Shown in pieces: positions 29,747-40,266 of a stretch of 63,315 bases of DNA; position 1 is the stretch's first letter; each line of letters begins with the position of its first letter. The position numbers and the translations under genes are program-made. Under the pieces are notes generated by a model. That model made no database searches. It saw nothing but the letters and a program-made list of their open reading frames with translations, and was not told the DNA's origin. Source of the stretch: an uncultured Eubacteriaceae bacterium (GTDB lineage Bacteria; Bacillota; Clostridia; Eubacteriales; Alkalibacteraceae); NCBI GenBank assembly GCA_964582705.1, contig CAZOTE010000002.1, positions 1 through 63,315 on the forward strand, written 5' to 3'.

Positions 29747-30544
29747 CTAATCCATGGCTTCTTTAACATGTCTCATAAAAATTTTTATGATGCCATCGAT
29801 TTCTCCCAAACCTTTAACTGATCCCTCTACAGAGAAGCCGTTGCTTTCCAGAACTGACTTCAATGACTCATCACTTGAACCATAAATATCTTCAAGGATG
29901 TGTTTCCCTGCTGAAATCATAAGGGGCAACAGTCTAATATCTTCAATCTTTTTTTCTTTGAGATTCATTAACAGACTGTCAAAGCCGGATTTTCTCTTTA
30001 AAGTCTCGACATAAACATTCTCAAAACCTTCATTTTTAAAGCTTACCTTTAAATCCCGATATGATTGATTCCCCCTATGGGCAGACCCATGTCCTATAAA
30101 AATCGTATGTTTTTCGCCTTTTAAGCCATATTCTTTATCTAGTGCTTCCGTCAGTTCTATAAAGTCTAACCTTGAACTTAGCAGCGGCTTTCCGATTGAA
30201 ATCTTCTTAAATCTCTCCTTAAAATCCATGGCGCTACAAATAATCTTATCAAACTCCATACCTTCTATCACTTGAATAGGCTGTATGATTATCTCTTTAT
30301 AACCCTCAGCCAAGAGCTTTGACAATGCTTCAGCCGTGGTGTGAGCAGCGAACTTATTTTCAGACTTGGACATTGATGCTTTTGAAGTAAATGCCCTTCG
30401 CACAGCCACATCAGACCAATTATCAGTTATTGCTTTTTCAATGGGATCTAAATTCCTTTCATTTATTGTTTTGAAGCTGGTTCCTACTCTTACAATCAAC
30501 AAGGCTTTCTTATTGCTGATATTGGATAAATTATCATTATTCAT
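29747..30544 (-). CDS. cbiK: Sirohydrochlorin cobaltochelatase CbiK
   Basis: GTS, RRAFTS, GHG and AGKH His motifs, GLGE. Confidence 0.85.
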   Translation of the reverse strand: MNNDNLSNISNKKALLIVRVGTSFKTINERNLDPIEKAITDNWSDVAVRRAFTSKASMSKSENKFAAHTTAEALSKLLAEGYKEIIIQPIQVIEGMEFDKIICSAMDFKERFKKISIGKPLLSSRLDFIELTEALDKEYGLKGEKHTIFIGHGSAHRGNQSYRDLKVSFKNEGFENVYVETLKRKSGFDSLLMNLKEKKIEDIRLLPLMISAGKHILEDIYGSSDESLKSVLESNGFSVEGSVKGLGEIDGIIKIFMRHVKEAMD

Positions 30545-30560
30545 AAGTCACCTGCTCTAA

Positions 30561-31853
30561 TTATTCACCTGCTAGCTTTAACGCATTAATATTTGATTTG
30601 ATAGTCAAATCCAGATCCTCATCAGTATGAGCTGCAGAAAGAAACAACCCTTCATATTGAGATGGCGGAAACAATATCCCTTGACTGAGCATCTTTCTAA
30701 AATACCTGGCATAGATTTTGGTATCTGATTTCATTACTTGAGCAAATGTGGTTACCGGGCTATCCGTCATGAACATGCTCAACATACCCTTTACCCTGTT
30801 GACCGTCACAGGTATCTTCCCGGATTTTGCCCCTTCCACGAGGCCCTCTTCCAGTTTAATGGCTTTTTTTTCTAGCTCAGAATAGATTTGAGGATTTCTA
30901 TTTAAGTGGCTTAAAAGGTTGAGCCCCAAATGGACAGCAAGAGGATTGCCTGACAAGGTTCCTGCCTGATAAACGCTTCCTAAAGGAGCGACTTCGCTCA
31001 TTATATCTCTTTTCCCCCCGTATGCGCCTACTGGGAGCCCTCCACCTATAACTTTGCCAAAGCAGGCTAGATCAGGCTCAATACCATAATATCCAGCTGC
31101 TCCATCTATCCCCAGACGAAATCCGGTTATCACCTCGTCAAAAATTAATAAGGTTCCGTTTTCTCTAGTGATTTTTCTTAAAGCAGAGATAAATTCCCTC
31201 TCCCCTTCCACAACTCCCATATTTCCGGCCACCGGCTCAATTATGACACCTGCTATTTCAGGACCGAATTCTTCAAAGCATTTTTCAACGCTTTTAAAGT
31301 CGTTGTACGCTGCCACCAAAGTGTCTTTGGCAATGTCCTCCGTCACCCCTTTGCTAGTGGGAATATTAAAGGTTAAAGCCCCGGATCCGCCTTTGACCAA
31401 TAAACCGTCAAAATGGCCATGGTAACAGCCTTCGAATTTAAGTATTTTATTTCTCCCGGTATAGCCTCTGGCAAGACGGATAGCGCTCATGGTCGCTTCC
31501 GTTCCGGAATTTACCATCCTGACCATCTGTGCAGCGGGATACATGGATGATATAAGTTCGGCCAGTTCAATCTCCTTCTCTGTTGAAAGCCCAAAGCTGA
31601 TGCCTTTCTCAAATACATCCATAACTCCTTTGTGGACTTCAGGGTTTGCATGTCCGAGTATCAACGGTCCCCAGCTCGATATGTAGTCTACATATACATT
31701 TCCGTCTTCATCAGTTATTTTACTTCCAGAAGCGCTTTTGACAAACAATGGTGTCATCTCTACGCTGTTAAACGCCCGTACGGGACTGTTGACCCCTCCC
31801 GGCATGACTTTTTCAGCTCTTACAAAGAGCTCTTCCGATCTATTGAATTTCAT
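30561..31853 (-). CDS. hemL: Glutamate-1-semialdehyde 2,1-aminomutase
   Basis: PGGVNSPVRAF, NSGTEAT, FDEVITGFR, GKVIGGG, YQAGTLSGNP. Confidence 0.97.
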   Translation of the reverse strand: MKFNRSEELFVRAEKVMPGGVNSPVRAFNSVEMTPLFVKSASGSKITDEDGNVYVDYISSWGPLILGHANPEVHKGVMDVFEKGISFGLSTEKEIELAELISSMYPAAQMVRMVNSGTEATMSAIRLARGYTGRNKILKFEGCYHGHFDGLLVKGGSGALTFNIPTSKGVTEDIAKDTLVAAYNDFKSVEKCFEEFGPEIAGVIIEPVAGNMGVVEGEREFISALRKITRENGTLLIFDEVITGFRLGIDGAAGYYGIEPDLACFGKVIGGGLPVGAYGGKRDIMSEVAPLGSVYQAGTLSGNPLAVHLGLNLLSHLNRNPQIYSELEKKAIKLEEGLVEGAKSGKIPVTVNRVKGMLSMFMTDSPVTTFAQVMKSDTKIYARYFRKMLSQGILFPPSQYEGLFLSAAHTDEDLDLTIKSNINALKLAGE

Positions 31854-31866
31854 ATGAAAAACCCTC

Positions 31867-32838
31867 TCATCTCGATTTTAATGCAAATTCCTTCGCAAAA
31901 TAAGTTATGATAATGTCGGCTCCCGCTCGTTTAATAGACAACAACGCCTCATTTATCACCTCTGAATTCATTATTCCGTTTTCAACCGCCATCTTAAGCA
32001 TCGCATACTCACCACTTACATTGTATGCAGCTACAGGAACATTTGTCTCATGTTTGATTTTAGAAATAACATCCAAATAGGATAGTGCCGGCTTGACCAT
32101 CACTATATCCGCTCCTTCGTGTATATCAAGCTCTACTTCCTTGACAGCTTCTCTGATATTTCCCGGATCCATCTGATAAGCTTTTCTGTCTCCAAAGGAT
32201 GGCGCAGAATCCGCAGCGTCTCTGAAGGGTCCATAGAAGCTAGATGCATACTTTGCGCTATAGGCCATTATAGGTATGTCTTGATATCCCGCTAAATCCA
32301 GATTGGTTCTTATCTTGCCTATTCTGCCATCCATCATATCTGATGGTGCAATCATGTCTGAACCTGCTTTGGCATGTGTCAATGCGATTTCTGAAAGAAC
32401 GTTCACTGTGTCATCGTTTCTCACCCGGCCCTTGTCGTCTATGATTCCGCAATGACCATGAGAAGTGTATTCACATAAGCACACATCTGTGATTATATAT
32501 ATTTCATCTCGATAAACTCTCTTGAGAATTCTCACAGCTCTTTGAATGATTCCATCCATGCTTGATGCCTGGGAACCTTTATCGTCCTTATCAGACGGTA
32601 TTCCAAACAGCATAATCTTGTCTATCCCAATCTCAATAAGCTCGCCACATTCTTCAACCAGCCTGTCAATAGAATATCTAAACTGCCCTGGCATTGACTT
32701 TATCTCCGTTTTTATTCCGTCTCCCTCCTGAACAAAAATCGGGTAAACGAAATCTTCTTTCTTAAGATGTGTCTCCCTTGTCATTTTTCTCAAAATTTCA
32801 TTTCCTCTAAGTCTTCGAGGCCTTATTGAGATATTCAT
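31867..32838 (-). CDS. hemB: Porphobilinogen synthase
   Basis: DVCLCEYTSHGHCG, APSDMMDGR, MVKPAL. Confidence 0.97.
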   Translation of the reverse strand: MNISIRPRRLRGNEILRKMTRETHLKKEDFVYPIFVQEGDGIKTEIKSMPGQFRYSIDRLVEECGELIEIGIDKIMLFGIPSDKDDKGSQASSMDGIIQRAVRILKRVYRDEIYIITDVCLCEYTSHGHCGIIDDKGRVRNDDTVNVLSEIALTHAKAGSDMIAPSDMMDGRIGKIRTNLDLAGYQDIPIMAYSAKYASSFYGPFRDAADSAPSFGDRKAYQMDPGNIREAVKEVELDIHEGADIVMVKPALSYLDVISKIKHETNVPVAAYNVSGEYAMLKMAVENGIMNSEVINEALLSIKRAGADIIITYFAKEFALKSR

Positions 32839-34352
32839 TGCTTACCTCCTTGTTTTGCCGCTATAGCTTCGATTACCCCATCTGTATCGAATGTTTTTGC
32901 TTCTCTCCAAACCGCAAGACCATTTTCAGCAATTGTGCGACTTGTTATAGGACCAATAGATATAATCTTTGTTTTTTCAAGCAAATATTTTTCATCCCCC
33001 AATATCTCAATCAAGTTCTTAACTGTGGATGAGCTTGTAAATGTCACATAGTCGATTTCACCAGCTGCAAGTTTTTTGATTATTTCTTCTCTTTTATCCT
33101 TTGCCTCTTCTTTTACCGCTTCATATATCCTTAGATCCACTACAGTACAAAGCTTAGAAAGCTCTTTAGCTAAAAAATCCCTGGCATACTCAGCTCTGGC
33201 AATAAGAATTTTTTCTTCTGGCTTTACTCTTTCGTACAAAGCATGGGCTAGAGACTCTGCTACAAAGCTCTCGGGAATCAAGTCAGGCTTTATACTGTAT
33301 TTTTCTAGCTCCTGTCCCGTTGCCTTGCCAATCACTGCAATCTTTACCCCTCCTAACTTTCTTGAGTCGTATCCTGCTTCAAATAGATACTTGAAAAATA
33401 TTTTCACCCCATTTTGACTTGTAAATACTAACCATCCATAATCCTCAATATTAGAGATTCTGTCCTTCAGCTCGGCTATCGCTTTAGTCTCACGAATTTT
33501 AATAACCGGAAACTCCAAGCTTTGTCCACCTAGACTCATGATCTTTTGAGATAACAGACTGCTTTGCTCTCGTGCCCTTGTCACTAGAATTCTCTTGCCG
33601 AAAAGGGGCTTGCTCTCAAAAAAATCTAATTTATCCTTTAACTTCACCACATCGCCAACGACGATTATACTCGGTGAACCTATGTTTTTTTCTTTTGCTT
33701 TAAGGTATATGTTATCAAGCTCGCCTTTCGTGCTCTTTTGCATGGGCGTGCTTGCCCAGTTTACAATTGCAACAGGAGTTTTTTTGTCCATTCCCTTTTC
33801 AATCAATTTTAATGTAATTTGTTCAAGCTGTCCCATACCCATCAAAAAGACCAATGTCCCCTTTAATCTTGCTAGAACATCCCAGTCTAGTTCCTTATCT
33901 TCGTCTTTAAGATGTCCGGTGATGACATGAAAGCTAGAGGCATGATCTCTGTGAGTTATTGGTATCCCTCCGTAAGCCAAGCCCCCTATTGCTGAAGTTA
34001 TTCCAGGCACTACTTCAAATTCTATGCCTCTGTCTGAGAGATATTCTCCTTCTTCACCGCCTCTTCCAAAAACATACGGGTCTCCTCCCTTTAATCTTGT
34101 GACGATCTTACCCTGACATGCTTTTTCGCAAATCATCTGATTAATCTCATCCTGGGTTTTTGTATGATCTCTCGAAACTTTCCCAACGTAGATAAGCTCA
34201 CAGTCTTTTGAAGCATGTCTCAGGAGCCCTTCACCGGCCAACCTGTCGTAGACCAGCACATCAGCTTGGATAATCGTCTCCAGACCTCTCACAGTAATCA
34301 GCTTCTCATCCCCTAGCCCCGCACCGGTAAGGTAAACCTTTCCTTTTTTCAT
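32835..34352 (-). CDS. cobA: Uroporphyrinogen-III C-methyltransferase / uroporphyrinogen-III synthase fusion
   Basis: RLKGGDPYVFGRGGEE N-domain; HemD C-domain (VFTSQNGV, FTSSSTV, SIGPITS). Confidence 0.93.
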   Translation of the reverse strand: MKKGKVYLTGAGLGDEKLITVRGLETIIQADVLVYDRLAGEGLLRHASKDCELIYVGKVSRDHTKTQDEINQMICEKACQGKIVTRLKGGDPYVFGRGGEEGEYLSDRGIEFEVVPGITSAIGGLAYGGIPITHRDHASSFHVITGHLKDEDKELDWDVLARLKGTLVFLMGMGQLEQITLKLIEKGMDKKTPVAIVNWASTPMQKSTKGELDNIYLKAKEKNIGSPSIIVVGDVVKLKDKLDFFESKPLFGKRILVTRAREQSSLLSQKIMSLGGQSLEFPVIKIRETKAIAELKDRISNIEDYGWLVFTSQNGVKIFFKYLFEAGYDSRKLGGVKIAVIGKATGQELEKYSIKPDLIPESFVAESLAHALYERVKPEEKILIARAEYARDFLAKELSKLCTVVDLRIYEAVKEEAKDKREEIIKKLAAGEIDYVTFTSSSTVKNLIEILGDEKYLLEKTKIISIGPITSRTIAENGLAVWREAKTFDTDGVIEAIAAKQGGKQ

Positions 34353-35254
34353 TTGGACATCTCTCCTTTGATAATCCTCGCAAGCTTTATTCCCAGAATT
34401 TCTGCATCTTCAGCTTTTCCTTCAATTTTTCTTTTTACAAGGATTTTGCCATCTGCATTCCCAAGCAAGCCAACCAACAAAATGTTTTCACCCTCTACTT
34501 TGCATAAAGCGCCTATTGGCAGATGACAGCTCCCACCGATCTCCTTTAAAAATCCTCGCTCCGCACGTATCTGAACAGCTGATTCATAGTCCTCTACAAG
34601 CCTTAGAATATCATCGAGCTCTTTGTCTTTTTTTCTTATCTCGAGGCCAAGCGCCCCCTGAGCAGGTGCAGGAAGCATAAGTTCTTCGTCCAGTAGAACG
34701 ATATTTTGCTTTATATCAGATTTTATTTTCAGTCGATTCAACCCTGCCGCCGCTATTACCAATCCATCGAGATTTTGTTCATACATTTTTTTGATTCTGG
34801 TGTCGATATTTCCTCTAATGGGTACTATTTTAATATCCGGCCTGTAGCGTAAAAGCTGGTACTCTCTTCTTTTGCTTCCCGTGGCTATAACAGCACCCAT
34901 AGGAAGTTCATCCAGGCTTTTACGTCCGTAATTCAATATAATGGCGTCTCTAGGATCTTCTCTTTTGGGAATGGCGGAAAACATAAGTTCCTCAGGAATG
35001 GCAGAAGGCATGTCCTTCATGCTGTGCACTGCTAAATCTATAGTCCCTTCTATAAGGCTTTCCTCAATTTCTTTTACAAAAACGCCTTTATCTCCTATCT
35101 TGTCCAGGCTTACATCTTGGATCTTGTCACCTGTAGTTTTTATGATCTTGATTTCATATTCAAATTCCTTGTGCTTTTCCTTCACGCTTTCGAGCAATAT
35201 CTGGGCTTGAGCAATCGCCAGCTTGCTGCCCCTGCTTCCAACTCTAATTTTCAT
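34349..35254 (-). CDS. hemC: Hydroxymethylbilane synthase
   Basis: GSRGSKLA, AVHSMKD, RGNIDTR, GGSCHLPIG. Confidence 0.96.
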   Translation of the reverse strand: MKIRVGSRGSKLAIAQAQILLESVKEKHKEFEYEIKIIKTTGDKIQDVSLDKIGDKGVFVKEIEESLIEGTIDLAVHSMKDMPSAIPEELMFSAIPKREDPRDAIILNYGRKSLDELPMGAVIATGSKRREYQLLRYRPDIKIVPIRGNIDTRIKKMYEQNLDGLVIAAAGLNRLKIKSDIKQNIVLLDEELMLPAPAQGALGLEIRKKDKELDDILRLVEDYESAVQIRAERGFLKEIGGSCHLPIGALCKVEGENILLVGLLGNADGKILVKRKIEGKAEDAEILGIKLARIIKGEMSK

Positions 35255-35876
35255 CTATGTGAACCTCCTGTCGGATTGCTTCAAAAAAGAAATCCCAATA
35301 TTCAGGTTTAAGGTCCAACAAGGTCTTCAGCTTTTTTCTTTTTTGATTATCTTCCAATTTGCAGTTCGATATGAAATCTCTGATTCTGCCATATTTTATG
35401 ACATCCGTCTCCCATTTTGGATTAAAATTCTCTTCTAAAGAATCTTTTATATCTCTAGCGAGTTTAGGGGATGCTCCATTTGTAGAAACACTGATTTGAA
35501 CCTTTCCTCTTTCAAAGTATGCAGTGTTTGAAAAGTCGGATAAATGCTTGTCCGAAACCACGTTGCATAAAATGTTTCTTCTGCTGCAGTCACGCTTTAT
35601 TTCCTCATTTAAAGCTGCATCAGACGTTGCCGCAAAAACCAGCATGCACCCGTCTAATATTTCTGCTGTATAACTTCCCCGTATCAAAGATATATTTTCA
35701 TTATATATTTCTTCCAGCTTGGAAAATCCCTGGTGTATGTCCTGAGCCTTGACTATTAAGACGGCACCACATCCCAATAGCTTTTCAGCTTTTTTCAATG
35801 CGACCTTGCCTCCCCCAATAATCCCTACCTTTTTACCTTCAAGATCTAAAACTACAGGATATCCCATATCATTCAC
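35244..35876 (-). CDS. Precorrin-2 dehydrogenase (SirC / CysG N-terminal)
   Basis: GGGKVALKK, VFAATSD, ISVSTNGASPKLA. Confidence 0.88.
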   Translation of the reverse strand: MNDMGYPVVLDLEGKKVGIIGGGKVALKKAEKLLGCGAVLIVKAQDIHQGFSKLEEIYNENISLIRGSYTAEILDGCMLVFAATSDAALNEEIKRDCSRRNILCNVVSDKHLSDFSNTAYFERGKVQISVSTNGASPKLARDIKDSLEENFNPKWETDVIKYGRIRDFISNCKLEDNQKRKKLKTLLDLKPEYWDFFFEAIRQEVHIDEN

Positions 35877-37116
35877 CGTACCCCTCTGCCATGAAGCTCA
35901 AATAATCCTTTGGGTCCATTAATTGTGCCTTGCTCTGAGATTTTTTAACGTTTATTATAGGTTTTTTAAACTTCTCTTTTAATTGAGAAGTTAGAAATCT
36001 ATCTATTGATACTTTGTCTTCCTCGCTTATGCGTGTATTGCTTTCTATATAGCTCATAGTCTCTTTTCTGATTTTTTTGCATTTGTCATCAATGTATCCA
36101 ATTAAAGGATCTACCTTGGCTCCAGCCTTCCAGCAGAAAAACTCCTCTATCTCGCTCTTAATTTCAACCATTGCTGCCTTGAGGATCTTTTGTCTGTAGT
36201 CCTTGCTTTCTTCCTCTACTTTTTTCAGATCATCTATATTGAATATCTTGACACCCAGGATATCCCCAACTTCATTTTCTACATCTCTGGGAAGGGCCAA
36301 ATCCAATATGCAAAGCTTTTTTTTGATATCAGGCATATTTTCTTTAGTAAAAATCTTATGTGGTGATGCAGTCGCGCTGATTACTACGTCTGTCTCAGCT
36401 AGATATTGGTATCTTTTTTCATAAGGTATCGGCACTATGTGGTCAGTTTCCTGCACAATGGCTTTAATTCTGTTATGAGTTCTGTTTGTCATCAAAATTT
36501 TCTTAGGTCCTTCATCCAGCATGTATTTAAGAGCCAATGTCCCGATATTGCCGGCACCTACAATCAGAACTGTCTTGTTTTCAAAGGAACCCACTTCATT
36601 TTTCAACTTTTTTAGACCTATATAGCTTACCGATAATGGATTTTCTGAAATCTTGAATTTAGTTTTTACCGCTTTTGAATAAGTTATCGCTGATCTAAAA
36701 AGCTTATTTAATATTTTTTTGCTGTATTTTTTCTTTATGGAATGCTCCATAGCTTCTTTTACCTGCCCAAGAATCTGATCTTCTCCCAAAACCAAAGATT
36801 CAAAGCCAACAGCCACGCGGTAAAGATGCCTTGCAGCAGCATCCTCCCTCATCACGGTAAGAAACTTTTCAATATCCACCATCCCTGTTGCTTTGCGATA
36901 AATATCCACCACATGGGGGATGAATCTGTCAATATCTTCGGAAGATATGTATATCTCGCTTCTATTGCATGTTGATAGAATCACTATTTCCTCCACCCCC
37001 TTGGCAGAAAGCTCGTTCATCACCTTCTCTCTGCTTGAATAAGTAGGAAAGGATGCTTTTTCCCTTATATTTATGTGTGCTTTATTATGGTCTATTCCAA
37101 TCACGGCTATTTCCAT
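35869..37116 (-). CDS. hemA: Glutamyl-tRNA reductase
   Basis: LSTCNRSE, GEDQILGQ, GAGNIG, DLALPRD; ATG at 37116 fits the GGAG RBS. Confidence 0.95.
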   Translation of the reverse strand: MEIAVIGIDHNKAHINIREKASFPTYSSREKVMNELSAKGVEEIVILSTCNRSEIYISSEDIDRFIPHVVDIYRKATGMVDIEKFLTVMREDAAARHLYRVAVGFESLVLGEDQILGQVKEAMEHSIKKKYSKKILNKLFRSAITYSKAVKTKFKISENPLSVSYIGLKKLKNEVGSFENKTVLIVGAGNIGTLALKYMLDEGPKKILMTNRTHNRIKAIVQETDHIVPIPYEKRYQYLAETDVVISATASPHKIFTKENMPDIKKKLCILDLALPRDVENEVGDILGVKIFNIDDLKKVEEESKDYRQKILKAAMVEIKSEIEEFFCWKAGAKVDPLIGYIDDKCKKIRKETMSYIESNTRISEEDKVSIDRFLTSQLKEKFKKPIINVKKSQSKAQLMDPKDYLSFMAEGYGE

Positions 37117-37382
37117 GCGCTTCACTCCATTATTCGATTATTTCCTATTATGCTACAGTCTAAGTATAACAAATATATTGGTATTGTAATAATCTTGATG
37201 AGGTTTTAATATAAACATTTGCCATCACCAACTATTATGATAGACATTATAATATATATCTCATCATTTATCCACACTTTTCCCAAACTTTAAAGGTAAG
37301 TACAGAAAAAACCCGACTCTAAGGCCGGGTATATACTGTTTTCACATTTTAGCATTTTATTCGATTCAAATAACAGAAAAGA

Positions 37383-37871
37383 TCAATACTTGTCAGAATG
37401 TGCTATTCTGCTGGCTGCCGCTGCAGCAATGGCGCAGACAAGATCATCCATGAAAGTATTTATCTTCTCGCCTTCCTTTGTATCCAGCTTTTTGACTATC
37501 CCAACCTTCTCCTTGTCTAAATAACCGTAGTTAGTTAGCCCTATTGTGCCATATAAATTCACGATAGACAATGGTATAATCTCATCGATTCCATACAATG
37601 CCTCATCTGACTCAATTATCGATTGAAGTGGCTCCGGCAGCATTTTTTTCTCAGCAAGCTCGTCCAGTGCTATCCCTGTGATTATGGCGTGTATTGTTTC
37701 ACGTTTTGTAATTACCGCCTTAACGTTTTCAATACTTTCCTCCATAGTAAGCTCAGGATGGTATTTTTCTTGTAAAAACAAGACTATTTTTGCGATGTCA
37801 TCAATTACTACTCCACGCCGTTCCATACACTCGATAGTCATTTCGTATAACTTACCCATATCGTATCCCAT
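37383..37871 (-). CDS. Phosphatidylglycerophosphatase A family (YutG-like)
   Basis: YGIDE, YGTIGLTNYGYLDKEK, FMDDLVCAIAAAAASRIAH. Confidence 0.88.
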   Translation of the reverse strand: MGYDMGKLYEMTIECMERRGVVIDDIAKIVLFLQEKYHPELTMEESIENVKAVITKRETIHAIITGIALDELAEKKMLPEPLQSIIESDEALYGIDEIIPLSIVNLYGTIGLTNYGYLDKEKVGIVKKLDTKEGEKINTFMDDLVCAIAAAAASRIAHSDKY

Positions 37872-37908
37872 ATTAAACCCTTCTTTCATACAGTAATATA
37901 GTGCTACT

Positions 37909-37935
37909 TATACCCGTGCTCGGCTTAGTCAATCA
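37909..37935 (-). promoter_or_regulatory. Candidate sigma-B promoter (YutG-like gene)
   Basis: Minus strand TGATT-N15-GGGTATA. Confidence 0.5.
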
Positions 37936-38495
37936 AGTATCTCATCACCCATGGACCTCATGGCTTCAATTGTGACTTCAATAAGGTCTCTTAATTCCAT
38001 ATCAAGCATCTGTGCGCCTTTTGCAATGACTTCCCGAGAGCAGCCTTTGGCAAAGCTCGGCGTCTTGAATTTTTTCATGACAGACTTCACCTCAAGATCC
38101 CTTAAGCTTCTAGATGGCCGCATTATAGCGGTAGCTCCTATCAGCCCCGATAACTCGTCTGTGGCAAAAAGTATTTTTTCCATCATATGTTCAGGCTCTA
38201 CGTCTGTTACGATTCCAAACCCATGGCTTTCAACTGCCCTAATGAGTTTGTCGTCAAACCCCATATCCTTCATAATTTCTTTTGTTTTTATGCAATGCTC
38301 TTTAGGATATCTCTCAAAATCCAGATCGTGCAAAAGCCCTGCAACTCTCCAAAACTCCTCATTGTCAGGATCCTGCTTTTTTGCAAAATACCCCATTATG
38401 CCGGAAACTATCTTGCCATGCTTTAAAAGAAATTTATCTTGATTGTATTCTTCCAAGAGATTTTGCGCTTCATTTATATCAGGTATATATCCCAT
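37929..38495 (-). CDS. HD-domain metal-dependent hydrolase
   Basis: LLKH, GLLHDLD, SH, DELSG, KKFK..FA motifs. Confidence 0.85.
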   Translation of the reverse strand: MGYIPDINEAQNLLEEYNQDKFLLKHGKIVSGIMGYFAKKQDPDNEEFWRVAGLLHDLDFERYPKEHCIKTKEIMKDMGFDDKLIRAVESHGFGIVTDVEPEHMMEKILFATDELSGLIGATAIMRPSRSLRDLEVKSVMKKFKTPSFAKGCSREVIAKGAQMLDMELRDLIEVTIEAMRSMGDEILD

Positions 38496-38579
38496 TATTA
38501 CACCTCGTTTTCTATTAATATTATACGTTGTTGAAACTAGCTAATCAAATAAATTTAAACCGGCTTAAAAGCCGGCTTA

Positions 38580-39335
38580 TTACAAATATCTAAGTATCTC
38601 CTGTTTTAGTTCAAGGGTCTTTGAAGACAACAGCCGCTTATTCTTGTCGTCCTTGTGAAAATCTACATCGATTTCCTTTTTGATTTCAGCAGGAATCTTA
38701 GATATCACGTATATCCTGTCGGATAAAAATATCGCCTCATCAATATCATGAGTGATAAATACCACAGTATTATCCAGCTCGCTTTTCATCTCAAGCAGCC
38801 ATTTTTGCATCTGGCCCCGGGTTATTGAATCCAAGGACCCAAAAGCTTCATCCAATAGAAAAATTTCCTCGGAAGTCATTAGCGTCCTTAAAAAGCTCGC
38901 TCTTTGCCTCATACCACCTGATAGCTGAAAAGGAAATTTATCTTCATAGCCTTCCAGCCCTACAAGAGGCAGATACTCCTCTATTCTTTTTTTTATGTCT
39001 TCTTTTTCCACTCCTTTGAGCTTCAAAGGAAGTCCCACATTGGCAGACACGGTTTTCCACGGCAGCAAAAGATCCTTTTGCTGCATGTACCCAACAGTTC
39101 CTTTGACGATGACATCTCCGTGATCTACGGGAATCAAACCTGCTATTATATTGAACAGAGTGCTCTTTCCGCTGCCGCTTGACCCGAGTATGGATACGAT
39201 CTCTCCTCTGTTGACATGCAGCGAGATATCCTTAAAAACCACCATTTCGCCAAAACTCTTACCTACATTTTTTAGACTAATTACTGTATCACTGTCTCGT
39301 TGGGAGGAATTCATTTGTAAAGGCATTATCGACAT
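38580..39335 (-). CDS. ABC ATP-binding protein, ThiZ-like
   Basis: GSSGSGKST, LLLPW, LSGGMRQR, LLDEAFGSLD, ITHDIDEA. Confidence 0.88.
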   Translation of the reverse strand: MSIMPLQMNSSQRDSDTVISLKNVGKSFGEMVVFKDISLHVNRGEIVSILGSSGSGKSTLFNIIAGLIPVDHGDVIVKGTVGYMQQKDLLLPWKTVSANVGLPLKLKGVEKEDIKKRIEEYLPLVGLEGYEDKFPFQLSGGMRQRASFLRTLMTSEEIFLLDEAFGSLDSITRGQMQKWLLEMKSELDNTVVFITHDIDEAIFLSDRIYVISKIPAEIKKEIDVDFHKDDKNKRLLSSKTLELKQEILRYL

Positions 39336-40266
39336 CCAACTCCTTCTCCAAAAGACCATTGTCCATCAAGAAATCAGCATAGTTTTTCCAAACCTCCGCT
39401 TTCATGACTCCCCACTGATCTGCTCCCATCATATACTGATCAGCAAGAAATTTTTGGCTTTCTACCACTAATTCTTCTTCGAGTTCCGGAGCATATTTAA
39501 GCAAGACTGCAGCAGCTTCTTCAGGGTTTTCTATAGAATACAGATATCCCTTTTCCACAGCTCTTAAAAAAGCTTCCACTTTTTCCGGGTTGTTTTTGAT
39601 AGTATCATTGTTTGCAACCAAAATCGGCGTGTAGTAATTTAATGCATCATCTAAATCTTTTATAGGCATATAGTTTAATTCTATGCCTCTAAGCCTAGCC
39701 TCTATGGCAGTCCAACCTTCAAATATCCACACTAGATCTATTTCTTTTTCTGTAGCTGCAAAAAAATCGTCCGTTCCTATATTTGTGTTTGTTAATGTTT
39801 CGTAGTCAGCTCCGGCGTTTGTCATTATGGCATTTAAAATAGCTTCTTCAGACGGCGATCCCCATCCTCCGTAAACTTTTCCTTCAAAGTCCATTACTGT
39901 TTCAATATTAGCTGTTTTTCTTGATGCAAAACCTGACGTGTTGTTTTGGATTATCGTAGCGATCGCAGTAACCGGCAATGGATCTTCACTTGTGAGTGCA
40001 TAGGTGACATCCTCTTGATATGTCACTCCAAAATCTCCCTGTCCTGTAGCTATAAGGGTGGTGGTGGAACCTTCCATTGGTTGAATGATTTCTACATCCA
40101 AGCCTTCATCCTCAAAATATCCGTTCTCCAAAGCTACATAAAGTCCTGTGTGGTTCGTATTTGGAGTCCAATCCAGTATGACCGTAGTCTTATCTTCAGT
40201 TTCTCCCCCGCAACCTGCCAACGCCAATGCTAATGCTAATGTTAAACCCATCAATATTTTTTTCAT
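39289..40266 (-). CDS. NMT1/THI5-like substrate-binding lipoprotein (ThiY-like, pyrimidine precursor)
   Basis: LAGC lipobox, LDWTPNTNHTG, YYTP; in TPP-riboswitch operon. Confidence 0.88.
   Translation of the reverse strand: MKKILMGLTLALALALAGCGGETEDKTTVILDWTPNTNHTGLYVALENGYFEDEGLDVEIIQPMEGSTTTLIATGQGDFGVTYQEDVTYALTSEDPLPVTAIATIIQNNTSGFASRKTANIETVMDFEGKVYGGWGSPSEEAILNAIMTNAGADYETLTNTNIGTDDFFAATEKEIDLVWIFEGWTAIEARLRGIELNYMPIKDLDDALNYYTPILVANNDTIKNNPEKVEAFLRAVEKGYLYSIENPEEAAAVLLKYAPELEEELVVESQKFLADQYMMGADQWGVMKAEVWKNYADFLMDNGLLEKELDVDNAFTNEFLPTRQ

Noticed and set aside
37126-37382. Possible cobalamin riboswitch upstream of hemA
   Set aside because: AT-rich region with no B12-box elements; only a terminator-like hairpin near 37306-37330
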